DNA of 64,000 bases from IMG/VR virus record IMGVR_UViG_3300033156_000424, positions 7,121-71,120 of that record, one strand, 5' to 3'. Numbering within the stretch: position 1 is the first letter of the stretch; every line of letters begins with the position of its first letter. Below the pieces are notes generated by a model that was not told the origin of the DNA, made no database searches, and worked only from the letters and a program-made list of their open reading frames with translations. Positions 9,112 to 18,500 of the stretch are shown here, piece by piece. A program made the position numbers and the translations under genes. The stretch comes from a virus.

Positions 9112-9910
9112 AGAAGGAAATATTATTATATATGGAGAAGATTCAAGAGTAATGTGTGAAGTTAATGATGAGTATGTAGATTCAATAATAACGTCACCTC
9201 CATATAATGTTAAGAAAAAATATATTGGTAAGAGAGAATATCATGATAATTTAAATGATTTTGAATATTTTCATATGTTATATGATATTTTTAAAGAATG
9301 TTATCGAGTGTTAAAGAAGGAAGGGGTGTTTTTTTTAAATGTTGGGTTTAACAGAGAAGATTTGAAAAAGGCATGGAAGGTTCTTGAAGTCGCTGAACAA
9401 GCTGGATTTATTTATTTTCAACCAATAATATGGATGAAATCATTTATGGGGAAAGGTCATTATAGCCCAAGTAAGAACCCAAAGCATTTTTATCTTAATT
9501 ATGAATATATATTTATTTTAGTAAAAGATGAAAAGTTTAAATTAAATGCTAAAAAAATAGGTATTCCTTATACTGATAAGTCAAATCTTAAAAGATATAA
9601 CCATTCTGTTGATTTAAGAGATGCTGGTAATGTATGGTTTATACCATATGAAACAAGAAATAAAGATAGTAGGATTTTATATCCATCTATTTATCCATTT
9701 AAACTTGTACAAAACTGTATAGATGTATTAGATAAAGATAATGGGATTATTTTAGACCCATTTTGTGGAGTCGGCACATCATTGATAGTAGCAGAGGATA
9801 ATGGGTTTGATGCGATAGGATATGATGTCACATTTAATATAGAAGGATTCAAACAAAGAAAAAAAGGATATGAGAAGTGGAAAAATAATGAGAAAAACGA
9901 TGAGAGATAG
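9092..9910 (+). CDS. DNA methyltransferase, beta class (probably N4-cytosine)
   Basis: TSPPY catalytic motif, CYRVLKKEG, GNVW, LDPFCGVGT. Confidence 0.9.
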   Translation: MPRLVHKEGNIIIYGEDSRVMCEVNDEYVDSIITSPPYNVKKKYIGKREYHDNLNDFEYFHMLYDIFKECYRVLKKEGVFFLNVGFNREDLKKAWKVLEVAEQAGFIYFQPIIWMKSFMGKGHYSPSKNPKHFYLNYEYIFILVKDEKFKLNAKKIGIPYTDKSNLKRYNHSVDLRDAGNVWFIPYETRNKDSRILYPSIYPFKLVQNCIDVLDKDNGIILDPFCGVGTSLIVAEDNGFDAIGYDVTFNIEGFKQRKKGYEKWKNNEKNDER

Positions 9911-10118
9911 AGTTATAGAAACTATTAATAATCTTCCAGATAGATTCTCATTTAAAGATATTTTAGTTTCTATTAATATAGATAAGAATGATAACAGAAG
10001 GAGAACAATATATAAAATTCTTGGAGAAATGATGATTGTAGGTAAGATACAAAAAGCAAAAGTTATACTTGATGACCAAAAAAAGAGTTTGTATGAGAAG
10101 GTAAAAGAGGGGTGTTAA
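9870..10118 (+). CDS. winged-helix-like protein
   Basis: FSFKDIL...TIYKILGEM..GKI..K...LY pattern. Confidence 0.45.
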   Translation: MRSGKIMRKTMRDRVIETINNLPDRFSFKDILVSINIDKNDNRRRTIYKILGEMMIVGKIQKAKVILDDQKKSLYEKVKEGC

Positions 10119-10122
10119 AGAG

Positions 10123-10593
10123 ATGAGAATTTTAAGTGGTAAGAGAGCAGAGAGATATCAATATATACAACACATAGCAGATAAAAAACAAATATGTAAT
10201 GATGGGATAATTTTAACATTTGGTGCGGTATTTGATGTATTAGATATACCAATGGAAAAAAACATAGAAAATATACGATATAAACATGTACAACCAATGG
10301 TAAAAAATGGAAAAGCTGTATTGATGACAAATGGAACATATCTATTTGGGATAAATGAAAAATTCTCATTAAAGATACATGATGGATTTTTAAAAACAGA
10401 TAAAAAAGTATTTGGATATATTGTTCCTTTAGATAGTTGGATAAAAAGAGGTCATTCAGTTGAAAACAAAATAATTAACTGGGGGTTCGAAGGATATGAT
10501 ACTGTGTTAGTATCATATAATTATTCTGGGGAATTGTTGTTAAATATTCCTTTTGCAAAAGTTATGTTTATTGAATACGAAACTTTAGAATAG
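10123..10593 (+). CDS. degenerate dCTP deaminase/dUTPase-fold protein
   Basis: SWIKRG, INWGFEG and FAKVMF resemble the SSLAR.G, IDPGF.G and IAQLVF motifs; catalytic Arg/Asp appear altered. Confidence 0.6.
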   Translation: MRILSGKRAERYQYIQHIADKKQICNDGIILTFGAVFDVLDIPMEKNIENIRYKHVQPMVKNGKAVLMTNGTYLFGINEKFSLKIHDGFLKTDKKVFGYIVPLDSWIKRGHSVENKIINWGFEGYDTVLVSYNYSGELLLNIPFAKVMFIEYETLE

Positions 10594-10609
10594 AATAAAA
10601 AAGAACTTA

Positions 10610-10626
10610 AGGAAACATTTATAAGG
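10610..10626 (+). promoter_or_regulatory. archaeal-type promoter
   Basis: AGGAAACA-TTTATAAG. Confidence 0.65.
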
Positions 10627-10687
10627 TATAATTGTATCTGTGAATTAATTTAAAATGTACAAAAAACATAAAGAAAGTGAATGAAAA

Positions 10688-12079
10688 ATGGTAGATAAAT
10701 ACAAAAAAATTTTAAATAAGATAAGTCTTGAAGAATTTGTCGAGGAAGTACAAAATCAAGTGAATGCTAAATTTGATGCAGAGTCTCTCTCACAGATTGA
10801 TAAAGGAAGGATAGAAAAAGTTGCTGAAGAAGTATATACGCATCCAATTTATTCAACAAAGAGGATTGTTACTGGATTAAGTAAAGCATTGCGTGATGTT
10901 GGAAAGACAATTATTAAGGCTGAAAAAATTGTAGAAGGATATTATATTGGGAGTCAAGACCAAATTAATCCGAGAAAAGAAACTGAACCAAGCAGACAAT
11001 CAGTGATATTGTTTGATGATGAGAATGAGGAACTTGTAGAAGTTACAGTTTTTGGTCATGGTGCTTTGAGAATTATTGATGATTTAAAAACAAGCGAGAA
11101 AGGAGAGTTTGTTTTTGGAAAGAAATATAGAATGTATTGTAAAATCTATGAAGCTCATGGTACATATACTGGTGTATATATGAAAGAACTTGACAATGTC
11201 ATGGATGTAGAGAAATTCTATACATTTTTAAAGACAAACGCACTTCAACCAAGCGAGATAACGAGAGATAATCTCTACAAAACTGTTATTATAACATCTG
11301 ATATTAGATATGTATCTCCATTAGAAATAAGAGGAGAAGATAAATCTCAACCACAAAAGGATTTAGTAGTTGGGGGAGAAGTGCAGTATGATACTGTTAC
11401 CGGTCTTCCTATAAAGGTATATCCTATTGTTGATATTGGATATTATCCTCTTGTGAGTGGGAGACTTGATGAGCACCCAGAACAACCATCATTTACGGCA
11501 AGAGTTAAACTCTGGAGAGAAGACGTCATTGAAGGGGATGATGAGGAAAAGAATTATACAGAACTCATGTTCTATCCACAGAGATTGGGACAGATACGTG
11601 TCTCTATTGATGGATTAAATGACCTTCTTGTAAAAGACAATATACTTGAGTGTCCTCCAACAGAACAAGTTGAGATATTCAGTGATGAGGTACTACAGAG
11701 AGAAATAATTGCAGTAGGAAAGGTCTCACAATTTAACAAAGACAACAAAGGACAGCCTATAAATTGGGTGAAGATTAATACAGTGTTACTCATAGATAAC
11801 AAAAAGATGGAAGACAGTTTAGAAGGTGTAACAGTAGAACCAGTGACAGATAGTGTTGTTGAAGAAATAATATCATCTGGGGATTATGATAATCTTGGAG
11901 ATGATAAGCTTAAAGAGTTAAGAGCAATTTTATCAGACAGTTCTGTTGCGATGCTTGGAGAAACAAACTACGATGAACTTAAACAGACTGGGAGACTCGA
12001 AAAAATCGAATGGTTAGACGATTCCTATCGTACAATTATCAATGATTTATTAAAAGAAGAGGGAAGATTCTCTCTTTAA
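10688..12079 (+). CDS. hypothetical replication-module protein, possibly an OB-fold ssDNA-binding protein
   Basis: Acidic, beta-rich 463 aa with its own promoter and T-rich terminator; upstream of the Sak4-like ATPase. Confidence 0.35.
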   Translation: MVDKYKKILNKISLEEFVEEVQNQVNAKFDAESLSQIDKGRIEKVAEEVYTHPIYSTKRIVTGLSKALRDVGKTIIKAEKIVEGYYIGSQDQINPRKETEPSRQSVILFDDENEELVEVTVFGHGALRIIDDLKTSEKGEFVFGKKYRMYCKIYEAHGTYTGVYMKELDNVMDVEKFYTFLKTNALQPSEITRDNLYKTVIITSDIRYVSPLEIRGEDKSQPQKDLVVGGEVQYDTVTGLPIKVYPIVDIGYYPLVSGRLDEHPEQPSFTARVKLWREDVIEGDDEEKNYTELMFYPQRLGQIRVSIDGLNDLLVKDNILECPPTEQVEIFSDEVLQREIIAVGKVSQFNKDNKGQPINWVKINTVLLIDNKKMEDSLEGVTVEPVTDSVVEEIISSGDYDNLGDDKLKELRAILSDSSVAMLGETNYDELKQTGRLEKIEWLDDSYRTIINDLLKEEGRFSL

Positions 12080-12096
12080 TTTTTTTTATTTATTTT
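12080..12096 (+). terminator. oligo-T archaeal terminator
   Basis: Long T tract directly after the stop codon. Confidence 0.5.
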
Positions 12097-12487
12097 GGTG
12101 ATAATGATGAGAGATGTTAATGAAAGGAATAAACTTATTGGTCAGTTGTTATCTGATATTACAAACAAAATCGATGAAGCTAAAAATAGTTTTGAAAATG
12201 AGATGGAAAATATAGAAAAAAATGAAGAATTATCTAAAAGTGAGAAAGAAAAAAAAATATATATTAATGAGATAAAATATTTGGCTAAAAATGAAGTTAT
12301 GAGAGATATTTACTCATCAATAGAAAATGAGTCAAAAAGAGTATTCTTAAGTATAGATGATATTATTGTTATGTTTATAAAAACAGTAGATAAAGAGTTA
12401 GGTGCATTAAGAAAACAATTATCTTTAGATTTTAGTAATGTTGTAAGAGCAATAGAAAAACTTGATAAAAAGTTGGGTAGAAAATGA
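12095..12487 (+). CDS. coiled-coil hypothetical protein
   Basis: GGTGA RBS; helical and charged. Confidence 0.55.
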   Translation: MVIMMRDVNERNKLIGQLLSDITNKIDEAKNSFENEMENIEKNEELSKSEKEKKIYINEIKYLAKNEVMRDIYSSIENESKRVFLSIDDIIVMFIKTVDKELGALRKQLSLDFSNVVRAIEKLDKKLGRK

Positions 12488-12655
12488 GTGACAAAGAGCA
12501 TGATAAAAAAAGTCTTAATATATTTGTAGCTAAATTACTAAAAGAAATAAGAATAACATCAGAAGTAAGCTATATGACAATGGATATTCAAACATCATTA
12601 AGACAAATAGCCAACTGTTTAACTTTTGAAATATTGAGAGATGAGTTGATGAAAG

Positions 12656-13510
12656 ATGAGTGAAGTACAATTTAAGTCATCTGAACATATTATAACAAGA
12701 GAATTTGCATTGAAGAATTTTTTCTTTAAAGTTCTTGTATATGGAGAGACAGATATTGGAAAGACATATTTAGGTGTATCTGCATTTCTTATGGACAGAG
12801 AAAAAGAAACATATATGTTCATATTTCCAACTGATACAATTGAGAATGTTGAGGAAGTTTTAAAACAACTCTTAACGAAAGACCAATTAATGAGAGTTAA
12901 TGCACCAAGAGATAATGAGGGGAGAATGGTATCATTAAAAACATATAAAGATATTATAAAAAGAATGGTTGAACTAACAAAATGGACAAAAGAAAATGAG
13001 GATAAGAGATTAGTTATACTTGTAGATAATGCAGATGGTATAGAAGAAATATATCTCAATTCTCATTTTGATACGCTAAAGTATGATACTCCGAGACCAA
13101 CAGATTGGGGTAAAGCAAGAACAAGAATGATTAGAGAGTTTGTTATTCCATTAATGGATATGAAGGCTGATGTAATTTTTGTGAGTAGTGAAGAAGATAT
13201 TTATCCAGAGAGTGATGACCCCTATTTGAAACCAACTGGCATTACAGATTGTACTCTTGGTGGTGGGAGTAAGAAAAGTAAAGATAAGTTTAAAAGAAAA
13301 TTCAATCTTATATTTAATTTACAAAAGAGATTTGTAACAGACCCAGAAAGATTGTGTGTTGTAAATGTCATTAAAAAGATAAAGTTAGCAGATGACCCAA
13401 AGAAATGGATGAAAACAATAGAATTGTATGGTAATGATTGTAATGACATGAGAAGGATATATAAGGAAATATTATATAGACAAAAGGTAAGTAGAGGAGA
13501 GACAAAATAA
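12656..13510 (+). CDS. P-loop ATPase, AAA_24/Sak4-like
   Basis: KVLVYGETDIGKT Walker A, ILVDN Walker B, DWG motif. Confidence 0.7.
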   Translation: MSEVQFKSSEHIITREFALKNFFFKVLVYGETDIGKTYLGVSAFLMDREKETYMFIFPTDTIENVEEVLKQLLTKDQLMRVNAPRDNEGRMVSLKTYKDIIKRMVELTKWTKENEDKRLVILVDNADGIEEIYLNSHFDTLKYDTPRPTDWGKARTRMIREFVIPLMDMKADVIFVSSEEDIYPESDDPYLKPTGITDCTLGGGSKKSKDKFKRKFNLIFNLQKRFVTDPERLCVVNVIKKIKLADDPKKWMKTIELYGNDCNDMRRIYKEILYRQKVSRGETK

Positions 13511-13607
13511 TAAAGATACGATAAACTCTTAATATAGAAACCCTAGTACTTCTTCGGAAGATGGGAAGTCTAACGCGTTAGCAAAGAGGTCGCTATATCT
13601 TTATTAT
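13507..13607 (+). ncRNA. BHB-closed hairpin, unit 1 (predicted 70-nt excised RNA 13525-13594)
   Basis: ATAATAAAGATA-CGAT-AAA-CTCTT ... AAGAG-GTCG-CTA-TATCTTTATTAT. Confidence 0.8.
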
Positions 13608-13685
13608 AAGATGCGATAAACCTCATTATAAAAAAATAGGAGCTTGAAATCGCGGCATTTTTTATAATGGGGGTCGCAACATCTT
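13608..13685 (+). ncRNA. BHB-closed hairpin, unit 2 (predicted 59-nt excised RNA 13620-13678)
   Basis: AAGATG-CGAT-AAA-CCTCATTATAAAAAA ... TTTTTTATAATGGGG-GTCG-CAA-CATCTT; compensatory G-C pair relative to units 1 and 3. Confidence 0.8.
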
Positions 13686-13785
13686 TACTGTAAGATACGA
13701 CAAACCTCATGCGATTGAAAAGATAGTAAGCTTGAAACCGACAGTCGGAGTTCTTTCAGAATGAGGGTCGCTATATCTTGTGGTG
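13686..13785 (+). ncRNA. BHB-closed hairpin, unit 3 (predicted 69-nt excised RNA 13704-13772)
   Basis: AAGATA-CGAC-AAA-CCTCAT ... ATGAGG-GTCG-CTA-TATCTT, with a G-U-rich outer extension. Confidence 0.8.
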
Positions 13786-13790
13786 AGCAT

Positions 13791-14156
13791 ATGATTAACT
13801 TTGAACGGCTTTCTTCAATAGAAAAGAAAAGTGTATTGAAGAAGATTAAAGAAACTGGAAATTATAATAATATAACATATAAAGGAAAGAAGATTATATT
13901 TGGAGAAACAGTAGTGCTTGGATTTGTTTGTACAAATAATAAATGTAATGCTTTTCATAAATTTAATATTCATCCATCATCATTGAGATATGTTGTTGAT
14001 AGACATCCATGCAGTAGATGTAATTCAGATAGTTATCTTAAATTTATTATGGAAGATAAGTTTGAAAAGAACATTGGAAGATATCTTAATAAAGGTGGAA
14101 CATTATTAGAATATTTTATAGATGAGAAAACAGAAGAAACTATGGATGAATATTGA
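13791..14156 (+). CDS. zinc-binding hypothetical protein
   Basis: GGTGAG RBS before the ATG at 13791; CTNNKC and CSRC motifs. Confidence 0.6.
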   Translation: MINFERLSSIEKKSVLKKIKETGNYNNITYKGKKIIFGETVVLGFVCTNNKCNAFHKFNIHPSSLRYVVDRHPCSRCNSDSYLKFIMEDKFEKNIGRYLNKGGTLLEYFIDEKTEETMDEY

Positions 14157-14169
14157 ACTATTGAAAAAA

Positions 14170-14186
14170 GGGAAAAACTTATAAAT
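14170..14186 (+). promoter_or_regulatory. archaeal-type promoter
   Basis: GGAAAAAC-TTATAAAT. Confidence 0.55.
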
Positions 14187-14213
14187 CAAAAATTATATGT
14201 TGAGTTGATTAAT

Positions 14214-14606
14214 ATGATTGATTGGAATCAAGCACAGTTTTTTATACAACTATCAGTATATATTGGTATAATGGTAGGTACAGCAGTATATGTTTATATG
14301 AGAAAGAAAAAAGGAAAAGACAGTCCTCCAGAGTTAATGCAACTATTAACTGGACAACAAGAAGCGATTATAAAGTGGTTTTGGAGAGTGATGGAAGATG
14401 GACTTATAACTATTGATGAAGCCCATGAATTAAAAGAGTTGGTTGGGCAAGGATATAATTCTGTATTAAATATGATTATATCTCTTTATGGGATAAAAGA
14501 TGAGCAATTAGCTGTGTTACAACCATTAAAACCAGACGAGATACCTCAAGTTGATGAGAATCCTCAAGAAGAACCTCAAGAAGAAGTTGTTGAAGAGCCT
14601 ACATAA
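14214..14606 (+). CDS. single-pass membrane protein with acidic tail (holin-like?)
   Basis: N-terminal TM followed by RKKKGK; E/P-rich C-terminus. Confidence 0.5.
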   Translation: MIDWNQAQFFIQLSVYIGIMVGTAVYVYMRKKKGKDSPPELMQLLTGQQEAIIKWFWRVMEDGLITIDEAHELKELVGQGYNSVLNMIISLYGIKDEQLAVLQPLKPDEIPQVDENPQEEPQEEVVEEPT

Positions 14607-14608
14607 AA

Positions 14609-15454
14609 TTAGAGTAATCTTCTTTTTTTATTACTTATTTTTCTTCTCCTTAATTTAGGATTATTTATATTATTATGAACAAAATTGTTTAAATCTCCAG
14701 TTAGACCAGAAAATTCGAAAAGATAGTCTTCTTTTGGGAGAGTGTTTTTTGATTTGATTTTCTTGTAATAGAGTGGAACTAAAACAACTAAAAGTAGAAC
14801 AATACCAACTAATGTAGCAACTGATAATGGTGCGTTGTTTATAATATAAGAGATAAAAACAGATGGATTTTGAACGAATACCTTTATAACATTTAATAAT
14901 ATTGAAATGATGTTATATGTTATAATACCAATAATCCCATATTTCTTTGCACCGTTGAATAAGAGTTTGATTGCATTTTGTACTGCAATACGTAACTGCT
15001 CAACTTGGGCTCGTGTATTAACATGTTCCATACGTATGTCTGCTATCTCTCTTTCAATGAGAAACATTCGTTGAGAGGTGACACCATTTGAAATCTGTTT
15101 CACATACTTTGATACGGCTTCAATAACATTAATAACTTTAAATGGTTTCTCAACTACTTCCATAGCACCAGCTTGAAGCATTTCTTCTCTTCCTTTTGGG
15201 CTATAACCAGTAATACCTATAATCTTTGCTAAATTGTCAATCTGTAATATTTGTCGTATTGCTTCAGCACCACTCATATCTGGCATGACATAGTCCATAA
15301 CAACAATATCTGGTCTATATTTATCATATAATTTAACAGCCTCCTTCCCAGTTCTTGCTTCCATTACTTCAAAATAATCACCAAGTGTGGGAGTGAGAAT
15401 GTTAAGGACATTGTCATTATCATCTGCTATAAGTATGAGTTGTGTGCATTGCAT
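14609..15454 (-). CDS. response-regulator receiver domain fused to a coiled coil and two TM helices
   Basis: ILIADD, PDIVVMDYVMPDMSG (phospho-acceptor Asp), ITG, AGA, KPF; two hydrophobic segments in the C-terminal part. Confidence 0.85.
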   Translation of the reverse strand: MQCTQLILIADDNDNVLNILTPTLGDYFEVMEARTGKEAVKLYDKYRPDIVVMDYVMPDMSGAEAIRQILQIDNLAKIIGITGYSPKGREEMLQAGAMEVVEKPFKVINVIEAVSKYVKQISNGVTSQRMFLIEREIADIRMEHVNTRAQVEQLRIAVQNAIKLLFNGAKKYGIIGIITYNIISILLNVIKVFVQNPSVFISYIINNAPLSVATLVGIVLLLVVLVPLYYKKIKSKNTLPKEDYLFEFSGLTGDLNNFVHNNINNPKLRRRKISNKKRRLL

Positions 15455-15519
15455 AAACAAAATATATTTGCAGTATTTTATAAACATTTCGTAATAAATT
15501 ATGTGGTTGAAAATACTTC

Positions 15520-15537
15520 AAAAGAAACATTTATTAA
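15520..15537 (+). promoter_or_regulatory. archaeal-type promoter of primase-helicase
   Basis: AAAGAAACA-TTTATTAA about 30 nt before the ATG at 15563. Confidence 0.6.
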
Positions 15538-15562
15538 TAAGGAAAGAGATGTGAGAGTACAT

Positions 15563-18500
15563 ATGTCCTACTATGATAAAATCCAAGAGAAAATTTATGA
15601 TTTTATGCTTGGAGCTCAAAAATATGCAAATGCAAGAAGGTCACCATCTGGTTCGAGAGTATGGGATTGGATTGACTCTGAAGATTTTATGTCATTAAGA
15701 TATTATAGACCGTTCTTTAGGACAGTTGAGGGAATAAATCATACAATGTTTGTTATTGATATAGATACAAAGATACCAGAAAAAATATCATCTCGTCTTG
15801 ATGATGAAGAAGAGAGAGAAATAAAATTAAGAGCATTGTTAGGATATATGAATGTGTGGTTTAAAAACAATAAAGACTACAAATTTACATCATATATTTC
15901 TGGGACTGGTCTTTATCTTGTTCAGAAAATTAATGAGGTAATCGATAAAAGAAATTTAGAGGAAATAGTATGGTCTCCTCCAATTGATAGTTTTGATAAA
16001 TATGACAATGAAGAAGAGGATAGAGGTTTATTTAAAGCATGTATTAAAAAGCTGAAGAACGAAAAACATGTATGTACAAGTAAATGTAATGGATGGCATA
16101 AAAGTGGATTACATGAGGTATCAAGATATGTAAATTATATGGGAATAGAAGTTAAATTAATTGTTGATTTACATATGTATAATCATAAGGGATACAGATT
16201 GTTTCGAGCACCATATTCTCCATATGTAAAATTAAGCAAACCGTATAGATGTATTCCACTTGTTTTTAATGAAGATAATATAGATATAAAAAGAGTGTTA
16301 CGGTTAAGTGAAAGAGGAACAACAGATGTTCAAAATATTGTTGTTTACCCTTTTCAGTTTTATGATAGGGTTGAATTAAAAACAACATTTGAAACAAAGG
16401 TGAGATATGATAGGAAAAAACATAAAAAACTCACTCAAGTTGATTATAATGAATATAAGATGCTTAGAATCCCAGAACCAGAAGATACATTAACAAAAAA
16501 TGATAATAAAATACTAACTAAAATGAAGGCTCTTTTTTCTGATGACCCCACAATTTGTCCTCCATGTATTTATAAACATTACATTGGGGAGACCGATAAA
16601 TTTTGGTCGAAGATGGTTATTGTAAGATATCTTGCTAACAAAGGATTTAGTTTGAGAGAAGTTGCGTTGTTTATTAGATTTGTTCTCAATGATGAGGAGG
16701 ATAACAATAGTAGAAATAGACATAAACTCTTTACATACCTTCCTCTTGCATTTGGAAAAATAGATAAACCTCATAGACCTCCCAGCTGTGCAAAAATGAC
16801 AGAACCAAATGGAATTTTTCAAGCTGTAACACTCGATGAATGTGAAACATGTGGAAGAAGATATCCATTACAAGATATATCTTTTGATATGGAAAGAATT
16901 GAAAGAAAAAATATTTTTAAGAAAGTAAAAGAAATAAAAAATAAACCAACATTGTTAAATGATAATGTTTTTACAAAAAAAGATATACATATTATAAATA
17001 AGATAGTAGAAGATGAGAAGAAAGGGTTTGAGAGGATAAGAGAAATATTAACAGAAGTTCTCAACAATAAAAAACATTCAGAGCTTATAAAAACAACACG
17101 ATGTGGGGTGACTACCACACTTATTCATCTTACGAAAGAACAAAAAAAGAGAATGCTTGTTGTTGCACCAACAAATGCGATAGCGTATAAGACGTTTCCA
17201 GAGGCATTAGAATTTGGAAAGAGGTTGTATGGGTTAGATATCAATGGGGCTATTATGTCAAGCAATGTTAAGTCATGTTTAAAACTTTCTATTGATATGA
17301 ATAAGCTGTTTAAAAAGAAGAAAGACAACCCAGAATGGGGAGAAGCTGGTGTAAGATTTAATGATATGACTTTTCATTTCAAACCTCCATGTGTTACAGA
17401 AAACAAGGGAAAACCAGTATTTTGTAAATTTTATGAAGATTTATTTGATTTTCCTCATAGTGTTGATGATATTCCATATCCAGTTGGAATGTCTGAAATA
17501 ACTCAACTTGGGGAAACATATGAAGAATGTGAAGGACTATGTGCTTATAATACTATTATGAACAACCTTATAAATTATGATGTTCTTTTTATAACATATG
17601 ATAAATTAAATGCAATTCTTTCTGAAAGAAGTGATGAAACAAAAGATTTACTTAACTTTATACTTAATGAAATAGATGTCCTTTTTTTTGATGAAATAAG
17701 TTTTCTTGCACAAAAACCAAAACTTGTGATACCTTTGATTAATGAAAATATTGAAGGTGTTACAGAGGAATTTTTGGATAAGGTGAAAGAAGAAGCTACA
17801 ACTATGGGGAAGATATATAAATATGAATATATAGAAAAACTACTTGATATTGTTGGGGTGTTTATTGGTCATCTTGAAACTGTTGTTTCTGATTTATATT
17901 TTAATGATAGTTTTAAGAAATCATTTTCTTATAAGATAAAGAATCCTCTTGATGAAAATGAGAGAGATTTTGTTATAAATTATTTTGGTATTTTTCACAC
18001 ATTATTAGAAAAATTTACGAAAGAGGAAAACATTTATCTTGAAAACCTTGAGAAGTTTGTTATCCTTATGCAAGAAAAAATATTTTATTTGAGCAATCAT
18101 CAGACTCTTGATTATAATTTTGTCTGCACTCTTACATGTTCTCCTATTCTTACGTCTATTAGAAACTTTTCAAGACAGTTCGCAGAACTTTTTAATAAAC
18201 AAGTATTAGTAACAGATGCTACGATGCCATATATAAAGATGAGTGATTTGCTTGGGCTTGATTTTAAGAGAGTTATTGTTGGAGACCCAAGAGGAACTAA
18301 TAATTATCAACTCATTGTAGCTGATACAAAACGGTTACCAGTTGTGACTCTTGTAAATAGTAATAATAAAATGTTTGGTAATAAAAATTATATGGAGTTA
18401 TATGAGTTTATTAATAATGTGTGTGAGACACATAATGAAAAAGATGTTATGGTTGTACTTCCAAATTCTGGAATTATATTTCAAAAAATAAAAAGTGCAA

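Noticed and set aside
13507-13785. CRISPR mini-array
   Set aside because: The constant parts are the two arms of an inverted repeat enclosing each variable segment, and the variable parts are themselves structured and share motifs. BHB geometry explains the pattern better.
13507-13785. Intron-containing or split tRNAs, C/D-box guides, or a hammerhead ribozyme
   Set aside because: No D/T arms or acceptor stem, no RUGAUGA/CUGA boxes and no CUGAUGA core.
13761-13790. Listed ATG start of ORF 13761..14156
   Set aside because: It lies inside the BHB stem; the ATG at 13791 has a GGTGAG RBS.
15440-15562. N-terminal extension of the primase-helicase
   Set aside because: It overlaps the divergent gene and contains the promoter; the ATG at 15563 is more plausible.
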